From the NCBI RefSeq assembly GCF_009914755.1, contig NC_060932.1: DNA of 64,000 bases; one strand, given 5' to 3'. Shown one piece after another: positions 40,555 through 52,337 of this stretch (the first letter of the stretch is position 1; every line of letters begins with the position of its first letter). Below the pieces are notes generated by a model. That model ran no database searches. It saw only the letters and a program-made list of their open reading frames with translations, and was not told where the DNA came from. Origin of the DNA: the human T2T-CHM13v2.0 reference genome, Homo sapiens. A program made the translations under genes and the position numbers.

Positions 40555-40992
40555 TGAGTACTCCATTCACTGCTTTCCAGCCTGGATGACAGAGTGGGAC
40601 TCCATCTCCCAAAAAGCCCCAAACACCACAAAAATAAAAAAAACTACCCTAGAAGGGGTAATTTATGGAGAAAAGAGGTTTAATTGACTCACAGTTCCAC
40701 AGGCTTAATAGGAAGCATGACTGGGAGGCGTCAGGAAACTTAGAATCATGGCAGAAGGCGAAGGGGAAGCAAGCATGTCTTTGCAAGGAGGCAGGAGAGA
40801 GAGAGGGACAGAGAGCTTATGGGGAGGTGCCACACAATTTTAAACCATCAGATCTCATGAAAGCTCACTCACTATCACAAGAACCGCAATGGGGAAATCT
40901 ACCCCCATAATCCAGTCACCTGCCACCAGGCCCAGGCCCCTCTTCCAATTTGACATGGGATTTGGGCAGGGACACAAATCCAAACCATATCG
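40555..40992 (-). mobile_element. MSTA-like MaLR LTR
   Basis: ggtaatttatggagaaaagaggtttaattgactcacagttcc...aaaccatcagatctcatga...acaaatccaaaccatatc. Confidence 0.9.
40568..40643 (+). mobile_element. Alu 3' fragment
   Basis: cactgctttccagcctggatgacagagtgggactccatctc plus a degenerate A tail. Confidence 0.8.
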
Positions 40993-43409
40993 CCCTCTTA
41001 TGACTGAATTTCCCTTACTGTCTGGATGCCTATATAAGTCTTTATTCTTGAAATGCAATGACTTCAAGAAGACATGCTTTGGCAAAATTATCCTTTATCA
41101 TTTCTTTTCTGATTAGATGCACTCCCTCTACTTGCAGATTCAATTTTGTCTTCATTTCAGGAAAATGTATTCTGGTATATTTTTAAATATATATTCTAAA
41201 TTGTATCTGTTTTCTTATTCAGAAATATCAAATATGCATATGTTAGGTTTCCTTTTCCTGTCTTCTATTATTTCCTTTTTCTGTCTTTTATAATTACATT
41301 GTTTTTATAAAGGCTGCGTGGAAGAAGTTATATTGGAAAATGTTTCTCTGCTTATATTAGGCCAATATTTCCAACTACATAGGTCATGTTGCTTACTCCT
41401 TAGTTTCCAATTTCTTACCACCATCCTTAGGATACGTCTGAAATTTCGAACAAAACTCAACATATTTTTTTCCGGTATCATCTGGGAATCTTCTCCCCAA
41501 AATGTCCATGCAAGCTCCACTGGGCTTGTTTTAGTTCTGCAAATATAATATGCTCTAGTGCTCTTTCTCCTTAGGAACTTTCCATGTACTATGAATTCAA
41601 CCTTGAATGAGTAAAAGGGAGTAGTTTAGGAAAAGTAATCTGACTCTACTGTGTCCATTGGCATGGGGATTGTGGAAATTAGAGGTGAGGAAATCTGTTA
41701 GAAGAGTGTTAGAGATATGTGGACAATGTAATTAACAGCCTCATAAAAGGGAACCATGAGAATAAAAAAAGAGTGGACTAATAGCCAATGAGGAAAAAGA
41801 TATTAGTGCCCCCACATTTTAAAAAGTCAGTGTGCTCTTCTCCACAAAACCAACTCAGTATTTATATTTGTTAGTTTTTATCTCTTTTTCTAATGTTCAC
41901 CAAGTTGCCCTAACCTGAAACAAAGGTATCCTGGATGCTTTTGTCTTTGTCACAATATATTTACCAATTTCTGTCAATTAAATTTTATAAATTTCTTTCC
42001 CTCTATTCCACTGCTGTGCCCTTAGTTAAGAAACATCAATTTCTTCCTTCCTATTCGACTGACACTCTCTTACTCAAGCACTTTGTTATTCCTTGCTTAG
42101 ACTAAGGCAATAGCCATTTAAGTTTACCAGACTCAGCTCTTATTTTTCCTCAAGCTTTCTTCCATATTGTTCCCTGTGCAAACTTCATAATACATAATTC
42201 TGAGAGCTTTCCTCCTACCAACTTTCTTTTGTGCCTTCTGATTAAATTCAAGAAAATCTACAGATTTGTTGCCATAGTTCACAAGGCCTATTTCTTATAA
42301 ACCATCTTGCTTATATCTCTTGCTTCAATTCTTGGTCCTCTGTCTTTAACATTCCATAGTTCACTCATGACTATGTGTGGTTGTGTGGACCCTCAACTAT
42401 GCTATGATTATGATAATTTTTTGTTGATCTTTCAATATTTACATTTATATCTCAGACACTCTCTCCTGCTTAATTTTTAATTATAATTTTTATTTTGTGA
42501 AATCTAAAAGTACAGTAAACTCAAAAAACAATATGGCAAACATCTTTGCACACTTCACAGAGAATTAACATTTCGTCATAATCTATTTGAATATTTTTTA
42601 ATAAATAAAGTAAAACATTACAAATAAAGATGACGCTCCATTTTCCCCAGTGACATCCCTGTCCCAGCTTCTTCCCTACTTCTTCCTTCCCCATTTGTAT
42701 CAGTCATTGATCATTAATTTGATGTCCATCCCTTCAGTCCTTTAAACGTGTGTGTGTAGCCAATAGCATACGTAGTATTGCTTTTTTTGAAAAAAAAAGT
42801 ATATAAATGACACTTAATTATATAAAACCTAAAACTTGCTTTATTAAATTATGTTTTTGAGATTTACTGATGACATTCTATATATTTTTAATTTTCATTT
42901 ACTTTTTCTTTAAAAATACCTTCATTTTAAAATCTGGGAGAGTGTATTTAGGTTCACAATGCTTAACATTATTTTAGTAAGTAACTTTAGTTGGCCATTT
43001 TGCCATCCCACCAGGATTCTATTAAAAAACAAATTGCTCTTTTAAAAAGACTTTCCTGTCTCTACTCTGTCTTGAAAGAAAAAAAAAAAAGAACTTCCCT
43101 TTGTCTCTGAAAAAGTACTCTAGGAACAATAGTTTATATCTAGAATTATCACCTGTATATTGTTTCTTAAATCATAACTTGAAGTTTATTTTTCAAGTAA
43201 AAGAAGATTTAAAATCATGTAAACAAAATTAAAACCATACTCTAGGAGAGATGAGAAAAATGTTTAGTGTAGTAGGTAAATTCCCTTGGAATAATTTCTT
43301 ATGTCCCTTTGTTTTGTCTTATGTAATTGTGTTACGCTGAAGATACATCTGGGTGTATGTGTGAAGAAATAGAAATTGTTTATACAGAAGCCTACTTCTC
43401 TGTGAGCAT

Positions 43410-43410
<1 letters not shown>

Positions 43411-43448
<38 letters not shown>
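43411..43448. repeat. (CA)19 microsatellite
   Basis: Perfect CA run. Confidence 0.95.
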
Positions 43449-43450
<2 letters not shown>

Positions 43451-44088
43451 GAGTTTGTACATTATTTCAGCAGTGGGAAAAGAGTGAGCTCAAGTCATAT
43501 CTAATTAAAAATGAAACTCCCTAAAGAAATATGCATAGTATTAAATTCTAGTTTTTCATAAGTGTAATGAAAATTAAATAACTAAATTAGTATATATACT
43601 CTGGAGTTCATCTATCCATCAAAATAATTGTTTTTCTTCCCCTTTATTACTTTATTAATCAGTCTCTAGTAAGTAACTGATCTACTATTGGTGGAGCATA
43701 TGCTTGGAGTGTTTTTTTTTTCCTATGTTGAACTGATGGAATTTTATGTTAATTCAATGCCCCTCATCTAATCAAACCAATTAATATATTAATGTTGAAG
43801 GAAACTTTGGCAGATTCTGGGACCAGTATTATTTGTGATGTCCACAAGGCTTACAAGGCCAGCGATATAGGCAGCCATATGAATCCTTCCAAATGATATA
43901 GAAGCGTCTTTACTTCTTCTGCTTCCATGCTAAAGGTTCCATTGCCCGAATCAGACCTTCTATTTGTGTGTTCTGCTGTTCCAAGATATCCACCCTCTGT
44001 TTGCTCAATGTGGAGGTTAGGGGTGCCATATTTATGGTTTTATAGCTCCTCCCCACAGGTTTAGTCTTTTCTATGGAGGGGTCTAGAC

Positions 44089-44317
44089 TAGAATTTGTCA
44101 CCCTCAGCACTAATTGACATTTTGACTGGATAATACTTTGCTGTGGGCACGGTGGGGAGGCAACTCTCCTGTGTATTATGTAACATTTAGCAGAGTTTCT
44201 GACTTTCGTTCAGTAGATACCAATAGCACATCCTCACTCCCAGTCATTAACAACAAAAATGTCTACAGACGTTGCCAAATGACCACTTCAGGAGGAGATC
44301 CCAATTGAAAACCACTC
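44089..44317. mobile_element. MER20 (hAT-Charlie)
   Basis: cagcactaattgacatttt...aaaaatgtctacagacgttgccaaatg...ttgaaaaccact; 8-bp TSD gtctagac / ccctagac. Confidence 0.88.
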
Positions 44318-44587
44318 CCCTAGACAATACTACCATTGTCTATCATCACTACAATCAGTCTTACAAGTTTGGACAAAATTTATATTATTATATACATTGA
44401 AGTCTGATCTTTGGGGCTATGTTGGCTCCTGTTAGGCTGAATTTATATATAGAGGTATACTATTTTATTGAATGTTTTATTTGAGGTAAAAAAACGACAA
44501 CTAGATTTTTCTATTTCTGAGTCTTGCTTCTGAAAAGCAACTTTACATTCTTTTAGATGTGCTTTTTGGTAAATTTCCCTTTGTATT

Positions 44588-45800
44588 TCAGAAGTGGGTG
44601 CTATATGAGATAGAGCTACAAATATATGGCTTTGGTTTATTGGAAATAATACTGTAGTGAGGGCTCAAATGTTAGAAGCTGAAATGTTGGCATAAGATTA
44701 TACCAGGGAACAATATGAAATAAACTGTTGCCTGCCATACATTGGAAGACAGACAATGAGCTACGTGAGATCTAGAAGATATTAAGAATGTGTTTTCTTA
44801 ATATTTTTATACAGAGAAAGTGAAGATAGATTAGCCTACTTGCCAAGTTCTCTCTGCTTACAGCTTGTAATGTAAGTTGACTGACAGTTGGATAGTTTGG
44901 GATCTCAAATTTAAAAAAGAAACAAAGTCTACTGATTTTTTTTTTTTACCAACTGAAGGAAGCAGATTTCTCAGCCTGTGATAGGTGCCAACGTAGTCCA
45001 AAGATCATATGAGTGGGGTTGACTTCTCACCCAAGCCTGTTGTTTCACAAGAGAGGCAGATGGCACAGATCAGAGATCAAAAACTAAATATCCGACTTAC
45101 CAGATTTATAAACTATATCTTGAGAGAATATGGTTTGTGTTTACTTAAATGTACAAGTGATCAGAAGCAAGGGGACTGAATTTCTACTAAGTTTTTGAGG
45201 CAATTGGATTACTACAGAAACCACAAGCTTAACAGAAGCTGTGATCAGGTCACCTCTAAAGGATCCCCAGTCTGCATAAGCAGAAAGAGTGCTATAAAAG
45301 CAGTACAGTCTCTAAGAGGTACCCAAGCTGTAACACCAACTACAGTCAAGTAGCTGATAGGAGAGTCAAGGAATTTTCTCCACTGGTGAGGAATGGAGTT
45401 TCTTTCATTCCAGCCATTATTTAAAACACTTAAACTCCCTTGAGTTGGATGAGAAATAGTAGATTAAACTTGGCTTCACTCACTACACAAACATCTAGGT
45501 TATGTTTTCCTTTGTTTATTCTCTAATGAATATACTTACTCTCTGCTGTGCTCCATGTGTGCTCTCTTTCATTATTAAAATTAGATTATGAGAATCTTTG
45601 AGTCTCTTTGATTTCTAAAAACCATTGACATAATTGTTCCCCATTATTTATGTTTTTTTGAGACGGAGTCTTGCTCTGTCACCCAGTCTGGAGTGCAGTG
45701 GCATGATCGCAGCTCACTGCAACCTCCACCTCCTGGGTTCCTATCCAGCAGGGTTTGAATTGCTTTGGGGTACCCTATTTTCTAAACGGGAGGTTTAATT
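44588..45800 (+). mobile_element. Ancient MaLR internal (MLT1-int-like) sequence interrupted by a duplicated segment
   Basis: cagaagtgggtgct...atatggctttgg on the left; ccagcagggtttgaattgct...ttttctaaacgggaggttta on the right. Confidence 0.5.
45399..45740 (+). repeat. Dispersed direct copy of 47562-47913 (unique flank plus Alu 3' end)
   Basis: Colinear similarity across ~340 bp, including the Alu TSD junction. Confidence 0.92.
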
Positions 45801-46049
45801 TCTGTAAACTTATTTATATTTTACCCAGTATAATGGCCACATAGTAGGCATATAATGTGATATCTGTTCTCTATATCTTCCCAAAGAATTCTCTCATGGC
45901 CGCCCATTCTAACTGGAAACATATGCAAAATGAAATTCTGGGAAATGTAGTTCAGTCTAGCCAATATGAAAGTGTACAGATTCACAGATGAAAGAAAGCT
46001 GAAGCTGAAGTCTATTATTCCTTGTGTGTTGGCTAATCTCTGTCACTCT

Positions 46050-46490
46050 TTGTATTCCCAGATCAGTTTTCCGTCTTTCTTTACTTTTCTCTACAACACA
46101 AGAGGCTGCCTTCTATTCATTGCAGCAAGCAAACTCCCTTGCATTCTGGCTTCTGGTTGGGTTTGGCTAATGGGAAGTGCTGAAATGAGGAATGAGCAGA
46201 CAATGAGCAACATGGGGGTAGTTATTTCACACTGTCTCTCTGACTGGCTGGGATTTCTGCAAGGACTGCATTTCACAATGGTCACAAGTGCTGTCCAAAG
46301 CCTCCTTTTCATGTCCCCAGTCCTTTCCAAACTCTTGAGGACACATTCCTTCTTCTTGACCTTTAGGTTACAGTTGGTAATAACGTCTCACTGTTCTGGT
46401 CTCTGGGTGTTCACCATTCATTATTGTCCCCTTAAGTGTGCTCTCACATATGTAAGTAGTCTCTTCAATAAATTATCTTTAATTAAACCG
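46050..46490 (+). mobile_element. ERVL LTR (LTR33-like)
   Basis: ctcccttgcattctggcttctggttgggtttggctaatggga...tgtaagtagtctcttcaataaa. Confidence 0.65.
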
Positions 46491-47813
46491 TTTATATTAC
46501 ATCAAGGTTTTGTTTCTATTTTCCATCATTCATGTGTATTTATTTCTATCTTTTATCAAGTTCTTGTAGGATGTGTAAATAAACACATGGTTAACAGGAA
46601 ATTGAAGAAGACTATTTTTTAAAAAAATTCCTCGTTAAAAAATGAAAATTTTGTGGCAATTATAGATTTGAAATTTAAAATGGATTTTTTTCCCTTTTCT
46701 TCAAAATAGGTGCTAATAAGGATCAGTTATATTGTCACATGGATTCCAGTTTGAAGACAGCTGACAATTGCTTTATTTTTACAAAGCCCTAAGCTGCTGT
46801 TGCTTAAGCATCCATGTTATTTCATAACTGCCTTACTAAATTTGGCACCTTAATTGATCATTCTCCTCCCACTGGATAGAAATTCTGGTTCCATCTACGA
46901 TCACTCTCTAGTATATTTTCTTATCTCTAAAACTTTCTTTTATATACCTTTTTACCCCTGGAGGGCTCTTACTAATTGAAGTCTCATGGTAAGAACCTTA
47001 AAATACATCTTCCTTTATTTCTGAATCTTTAGCAACTAGGTATTTAATGAATGACTCAATGAATAAATAGGATGGAAGCCCCATTTTTCAATTTTAGTCT
47101 CTTTTAGATAGGTTATCTATATATTTTGTCTTTGCTTCTTCCAGCATTTGGTGGATTTTTTTTTAAATTTATTAAGCCCTCCAGAAAGGTATGTTGGGTA
47201 ACGTAGAGGTCAGAGATCACACAAAAAAACACTAAACGCAAAGAAATTGTAATAACTTCTCAATTTTTTCTGAAACAGCTCTCCTTCCATTACACGTGGC
47301 CTGTATTAAAGCTATTCTATTCCAGATTTCTCTCTGATTTCCTTTTACTGTGCTCAAAGACAGCTTCCAAACTTTCTTTAGATTGTTACATGGTCTGGGC
47401 AAATTGACCTCTATTTGATCATTTCCAAGGTGGATAGAATGATTTTGAGTAATTTGGACTTTTCAAAATGTTTCTTAAAAAGAGTAAAAGGCATGAAGAC
47501 AACTATTTGTAGTTTGAGTGGTAGTTGGCAATTTTTTTTCCCACTTCACCAAATCTCCCATTTTCTTTCATTCCAACCATTATTGAAAACATTTAAACTC
47601 CCCTGAGTTGAATGAGAATTAATGGATTAAACTTGGTTTCACTCACTAAACAGGCAACGTCTAGGTTATATTTTCCTTTTATTTTTCTCTCATGAATATA
47701 TCTAGTCTCTGCTGTGCTCCGTGTGTGCTTTCATTATTAAAATTTAGATTATCAGAATCTTTGAATCTCTTTGATTTCTAAAAACTACTGACATAATTGT
47801 TCCCCATTATTTT

Positions 47814-48112
47814 TGTTTATTTATTTATTTTTGAGACGGAGTCTTGTTCTGTCACTCAGGCTGGAATGCAGTGGTGTGAACTCAACTCACTGCAACCTCC
47901 GCCTCCTAGGTACAAGCAATCTTCCTGCCTCAGCCTCCTGAGTAGCTGAGATTACAGACATGAACCACCACGCCCAGCTAATTTGGTATTTTTAGTGGAG
48001 ATGGGGTCTCTCCATGTTGACCAGGCTGGTCTCCAACTCCTGACCTCAGGTTCTTTGCCCTCCTTGGCCTCCCAAAGTGCTGGGATTACAGGCGTGGGCC
48101 ACCGTGCCTAGC
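47814..48112 (-). mobile_element. AluSx-like
   Basis: Full antisense Alu with (ttta)n tail; TSD ccccattattttt at about 47802-47814 and 48113-48125. Confidence 0.95.
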
Positions 48113-49868
48113 CCCCATTATTTTTAAATGCAGAAAGATGAACAACAACACTTTTTAATAATAATGCTATGAGGAAAATATGGAGGCAAAATAATGCAAA
48201 TAAAGAAATTACTAACACAGATTAATAGTTACAATTTAAAACGAGAGTTTGAGGAAACAGTTATTAACAATAGGTCAAAAATAGGAGAGAGATGAGTCCT
48301 AAAGATAATTGGTTTACCGTTACCAGAAAAGGTGAGGATGGATGTTAGAGAGGCATAGTAATAAAACAAAAAAGAATTTTAATAGTACTGGCATGTAGTT
48401 GTTACTGCATGCATATTTAATAAATGAAACTACTGAAGATGGAGGTAAAACACCCAGTTGCAAAGAGTTTTGTTTATTGATTAAGAGTTACAATAGAATA
48501 TTTGCAGATTAAATGGGGAAAGCCTATTTTAATACATGATTTGTTTCATAAGTATATGCGTACTTTTATCCTTTTTAATATAAATTATGCTGTTTTAAAA
48601 ATTATTTAATTTTTCAATTATACTTTATATCTAATATTAGTTTGTATTGTATAGATTAATGCTCCCTAAATTCAAACATATCCAACTTAAAATGATCAAT
48701 ATGGTAATTATATATACAGTTATGCTTATGTCCTAATGAGAGACATATTAATAGCTTATTACAGAGTGTCTGGATAAGATATCTCCATAAAATACAGAAA
48801 GTGTAAATACATGTGTGCTTCTCTGGAGTTCAAATACAGGATCTCCTATGATCCAGACAGATGGATACTATTTTTTGATCCTTATACCTGTTGGATAACT
48901 TTGAAATAAAATTGGAAGTGCAGGCAGAGAAACTTTAGGAGAAGCAACTTCCAGATAGTCTAGTCAAACTCCTACAATTCTGGTTGCTATTTATTTACTT
49001 TATTATTTTACAAAGATCTTATTAATTTTTTGTCAAATTATTATAATATGTAAGCTGAATTGAAACTATTTATAAATACCATAACTGCCTTTCTGATGAC
49101 TTCACAGGTGAAATTGTTTGACCCATGAAAATCTGAAACATATGAGGTCTCTTGTTTTCATTCAGCATATGCCAGTTAAGTGCCTAATTGTTCACCCAGC
49201 ACCCAGATCCTGACTCACAATTAATTTTATTTATAGAGCCTCACTGCTTTGCTGCTTCCCTACTTGTTATTTTGACTGTGGGAGCAAAAAATGGTAACAG
49301 GGAAGTTGGGTCTGGTAAATATTACTGAGCAAATAAACAGATATATACTCTGAATATGAGAAAAATTCCTGAACTGTTTCAAAATTTCATGTTTCAGAAT
49401 TTTACATACTCACCTAAAAATGTTCTGTGTACTCATTTCATATGTACAACAGGTTAAATACTATAAACCCTATTCTATTTTAGGTTTACAGTCTAAAATA
49501 AACATTGGCAAGAATAAGTTGTACAAAACAGTTAAATTAATTACATGTGTACATTGAAAGAACTGTGGATCTGGAGAATACATTGAAACATCACAAAGTT
49601 GATCTGCTACTGATAGAAAATCATTTTCATTTGGATGGCTCTACTGTTTTGAGGTTTTCATTTATTTCTCATTTTTAATAAAATTCTTGCCACCACTAAT
49701 GTGCTTTTAGCTCTTGATTTTTCTCTGAAAGTCTTCTCAGCATCATCTTCCTCACTTTAGTTTGATTACACATGTCTTCATCTCATTCATATCAATAGTA
49801 TCATTTGTATCAATCTTAGCTCCACCTCTACTCTTGTATTGGGGTTTTTCAGAGAAAGAAAACCAATG

Positions 49869-49870
<2 letters not shown>

Positions 49871-49908
<38 letters not shown>
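49871..49908. repeat. (CA)19 microsatellite
   Basis: Perfect CA run inside the LTR. Confidence 0.95.
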
Positions 49909-49909
<1 letters not shown>

Positions 49910-50290
49910 CCCACACATATCCCATTTTTATTTATTTATTACAAGGTATTAACTCACACAATTATGGAGGTTGAGAAGTTCCTAGGATCTGCAGACAGTA
50001 AACTGGAGACCTGTGAGAGCCAGAGATGTAAATTCCAGTCTGAGTTCAAAGTCCTGAGAACCAGGAGAGATGGTGGCAGTCTTAGAGTGTAGGAGAAAAC
50101 TAATGTCCCAGTTCAACAGTCAGGCACAAAGAGAGTGTGAATTTTCTCTTCCTTTATGTCTTTGTGTTAATTTGGGCCTCAATGAATGGGATCCTATCAC
50201 TCACATTAATGAGAGCAGGTCTTCTTTACTCAGCTGATTACTACTGATTCAAATACTAGCCTCATCCAGAAACTCCTTCAAAGACACACC

Positions 50291-50565
50291 CATCCCAGCA
50301 CTTTGGGAGACTGAGGCAGGCGGATCACAAGGTCAGGAGTTCGAGACCAGCCTGGCCAACATAGTGAAACCCTATCTCTACTAAAAATACAAAAAATTAG
50401 CTGAGTGTGGTGCCAGGTGCCTGTAATCCCAGCTACTCAGGAGACTGAGGCAGGAGAATCACTTGAATCCGGGAGGCGGAGGTTGTAGTTAGCCAAGATT
50501 GTGCCACTGCACTCCAGCGTAGAAGACAGTGCGAGACTCCATCTCAAAAAAAAAAAAAAAAAAAA
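50291..50565 (+). mobile_element. AluSg-like, lacking the first ~30 nt
   Basis: Starts atcccagcactttggg; A tail; TSD gacacacc on both sides. Confidence 0.93.
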
Positions 50566-51631
50566 TGACACACCGAGAAATGTTTAACAAAATAGCTAGG
50601 CAGCCTATGCCCCAGTTAAATTGATATAAAATTAAGCATCACACCACTCAAATTTATTACCTACTACACAGAAGCCTGACTCCTCTCTGATTAGTCAGGT
50701 CTTCTAATGATCATTACAACATTACAACATTGTGCCTTTGCTTCTTTCCACTTGCCACAACCCTGGTTCCATTTTCCTCAACTATCTATAGCCCAGGCAT
50801 CCTTCAAGGACTGAGGTTGCATTTCTTCCTGGAGGCCTTCCATGCAATTCTATCTTAGTTCCAAGAGTAGTCTTCCTCACAGTCAAGGACTTGATTCTCT
50901 TCTACCTTGAATTGTTTCTTTATTGAGGCATATACCTTAGAAAGATTGCAAACTTCTTGAGGATAATCAATTTAAGGTCCTTTTATATTACTTTTTCCAT
51001 ATCTTAGGTATCATTTAAAATGCACAATTTTGAGGTCTAACTAACTAAAATATAAAGATGTAACATTCATATAATTACTACATTATAGAATACAAGATTT
51101 GGAAGAGAAGTTAGAGATGTTGGGATCTCTTTCTCTAAAACTATACAGAATATTCTTGGAGGAACCACAGGTAAATAATAAAAGCAAAATATAGGCATTT
51201 TTATTTCCAGATTATTTTCCTTAATTCATCTATTTTCTACCCAGGTGAGTTAAGCTATATAACTCAGAAAATAAAAGTTTTGTTTTTCTTAATGCCTTGA
51301 TTCTAGAGTCTGGAGTTTAGAATAAATACTAACTAATCACACATATTCCTTTGTGTAAGGACTCACTATGAGTCCTCTTAGCTCTCCAGAAGGTTATGAG
51401 AGTTTCAAAACCAACCTCAAAAACTGAAAGGTCTTCCTACTTTCAGGAATGAAGGCCATGAGGAGCCAGTAAAGGATATTAAAAAGAAGAGTAACAGTGT
51501 GTTTTAGCATGATTATCATACTTAGAGTATCTGAGGTCCATTTTGCAGATTATAGTGCTCCAGTAAGAAAAGATTGGTGCTGAAACTCAAAAATAAAAGA
51601 AAGAGTGCATCAAAACAAACAGACATTGTTG

Positions 51632-51632
51632 C

Positions 51633-51663
<31 letters not shown>

Positions 51664-51946
51664 TGAGACAAGGCCTCGCTCTATCACCCAGGTTGGGGTG
51701 CAGTGGCATGATCATGGCTCACAGCAGCCTTGACTTCCCAATCTCAAGTGATTCTCCTGCCTCAGCCTCCCGAGTAGCTGGGTTACAGGTGTGTACCACC
51801 ACACTCAGCTAATTTTTTAAAAAGCTTTGTAGAGATAGGGTCTCACTATGTTGCCCAAGATGGTCTTAAACCACTGGGCTCAAAGGATCTGCCTGCCTCA
51901 GCCTCCCCAAATGCCGGAATTACAGGCATGAACATAGCACTCAACC
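51632..51946 (-). mobile_element. AluJ with (ATT)n tail
   Basis: gatcatggctcacagcagccttgac and gggtctcactatgttgccca are AluJ diagnostics. Confidence 0.92.
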
Positions 51947-52337
51947 TCAAAGATATATTATTAAAAAAGAAGCAAGAGAACTTTGTTACTAAATTCATTT
52001 GGAGGAAAAAGTAGCACTAGAAGATAAATTATATGAATGCATGATTCCAATGCTCAGACATTTTAAATCTAATCTTGAGTAACCAACACAAAGAATATTA
52101 TTTATTTTTCATTCTAAATTTACTGAAAGAGTGTCTATTATACTGAACACACATTTTCTTCAAAATAATACAAATACCTGATAATCAACTGGAGAAATGT
52201 AGTATGGATTAGTTAGCAGAAAGGTAAGTTAGAATGTCTACTCAACTTTTTCTCTGAAATCTAGACATTTAAATATAATATTCAGAAGGATTTATTGTGA
52301 CCTTGTGACTAAACAGGTTAAAAGACTGTCTATCTTA

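Larger units (their letters stand above)
49835..50643 (-). mobile_element. MLT2B-like ERVL LTR containing (CA)n and an Alu
   Basis: tgtattggggtttttcagagaa...attatggaggttgagaag...tgattcaaatactagcctcatccagaaa...aaattaagcatcaca. Confidence 0.85.

Noticed and set aside
45966-46622. Longest ORF (218 aa)
   Set aside because: Runs through a decayed LTR33-like element; no recognisable domain; composition typical of a chance frame
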